NCBI RefSeq assembly: GCF_052425735.1 | Contig: NC_135769.1 | Coordinates: 33,232,001 to 33,296,000 of the forward strand | Direction: 5' to 3' | Length of the DNA stretch: 64,000 nucleotides | From: Oculina patagonica | Lineage: Eukaryota | Part shown: positions 63,211 through 64,000 of the stretch, piece by piece | How the letters are laid out: the number at the start of each line of letters is the position of its first letter | Position numbering within the stretch: the first letter of the stretch is position 1 | Notes under the pieces: generated by a model | Databases searched by the model: none | The model's input: only the letters and a program-made list of their open reading frames with translations | Told to the model about the DNA's origin: nothing | Program-made: the position numbers and the translations under genes

Positions 63211-63723
63211 AGATCCTTCAAAAGAAAGCTTCGCAGATGTCTTACAAACTCTAACATCGAGATAAAAGTACGCGAGAAAACAACGAAACTATGTTTCTAC
63301 ACGAACAATAAAGATCGAGTTCCACTTCTGAATAAATCACATGTTGTTTACAAGTTTAAATGCCCTGGCTGCCAATCAGCGTACATCGGCAAAACGGACA
63401 GAACTCTTTTCGTCCGAACACATGAACACGCAATCTCTGACAAAGAGAGCGCAATTTACAAACACCTGCGAACGTGTAACCATTTACTTTTTATTCGCGA
63501 TTTATGTAATTTACCGGATAATTTAAACACTGACATTGCTCCACCTTCTATCAGTAATGACAAAGAATACTTCACCCATGTTGTCCGTGATAATACAACG
63601 GTATTAGACTGTGACCACAACTGGAATCTTCTTCTATACAAAGAGGCTTATTATATCAAACGCCTAGCACCTTCCCTAAACAATGGACTAAAATCCAGCA
63701 GAGAACTCTATCTATTCTCCTGA
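63211..63723 (+). CDS. Inverted duplicate of the GIY-YIG part of the same element
   Basis: Protein identical to the C-terminus of 62042..63145. Confidence 0.8.
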   Translation, partial: RSFKRKLRRCLTNSNIEIKVREKTTKLCFYTNNKDRVPLLNKSHVVYKFKCPGCQSAYIGKTDRTLFVRTHEHAISDKESAIYKHLRTCNHLLFIRDLCNLPDNLNTDIAPPSISNDKEYFTHVVRDNTTVLDCDHNWNLLLYKEAYYIKRLAPSLNNGLKSSRELYLFS

Positions 63724-63786
63724 GTAAACTTATTGTTTTCGTCTCCTCACTCGCAGTATTTAAGATCAAGCTTGTATGTTAATTTT

Positions 63787-63828
63787 ATTAGTCTGATGAT
63801 GGTATAGTTCATACCGAAATATAACAAT
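63787..63828 (+). ncRNA. Hammerhead ribozyme (Penelope 3' UTR, plus arm)
   Basis: ATT(A)GT-CTGATGA-T-GGTAT-agttc-ATACC-GAAA-TATA-ACAAT. Confidence 0.78.
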
Positions 63829-64000
63829 CTATTTATCAAGATCTTCATTTGTGGTCTGAATTATTGGAATTGTGACTTTGCCATGGCAACGTCAAATATC
63901 ATAGACACATGGTTGTCATATCAAAATAAATTAAATTTCTGCAAGCGATAAAATAAAACCAAATTGATTGCAAGGCTGGTACAACGGCAGGAGGGCAAGA

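Larger units (their letters stand above)
61831..63862. mobile_element. Penelope-like retroelement with inverted structure and 13-bp TSD
   Basis: Minus arm: truncated RT (MGGSLGP, RYVDD) + GIY-YIG (VVYKFKC..YIGKT); plus arm 63208-63868 is an inverted copy of 61897-62557; ATTGGAATTGTGA at 61818-61830 and 63863-63875. Confidence 0.92.

Overview
AT-rich animal genomic DNA. The gene and repeat families look cnidarian, most like a stony coral, but that is inference. The window is dominated by a tandem cluster of intronless class A (rhodopsin-like) GPCR genes: 10 intact ORFs (5 on + to 18.9 kb, 5 on - from 26.1 kb), one old remnant, and 4 damaged copies in a ~9-kb second copy of the 41.8-52.8 kb block that may be an assembly or haplotype artefact. 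A 4-exon gene for a secreted PAN + fibrinogen/COLFI-like protein (34.6-37.5 kb) is followed by two orphan variant copies of its last exon. Intergenic DNA is rich in mobile elements: two Penelope-like retroelements with hammerhead ribozymes, an RTE-like LINE with a ~70-bp target duplication, a nested stack of non-autonomous DNA elements, several MITEs, and a 30-bp minisatellite split by two insertions. The strongest leads are (i) nucleotide-invariant blocks inside otherwise divergent GPCR paralogues, (ii) co-loss of an N-terminal Cys and the TM3 Cys, suggesting a non-canonical disulfide, and (iii) the variant terminal-exon cassettes behind the fibrinogen-like gene. All coordinates were read by eye and no searches were run, so novelty is untested.
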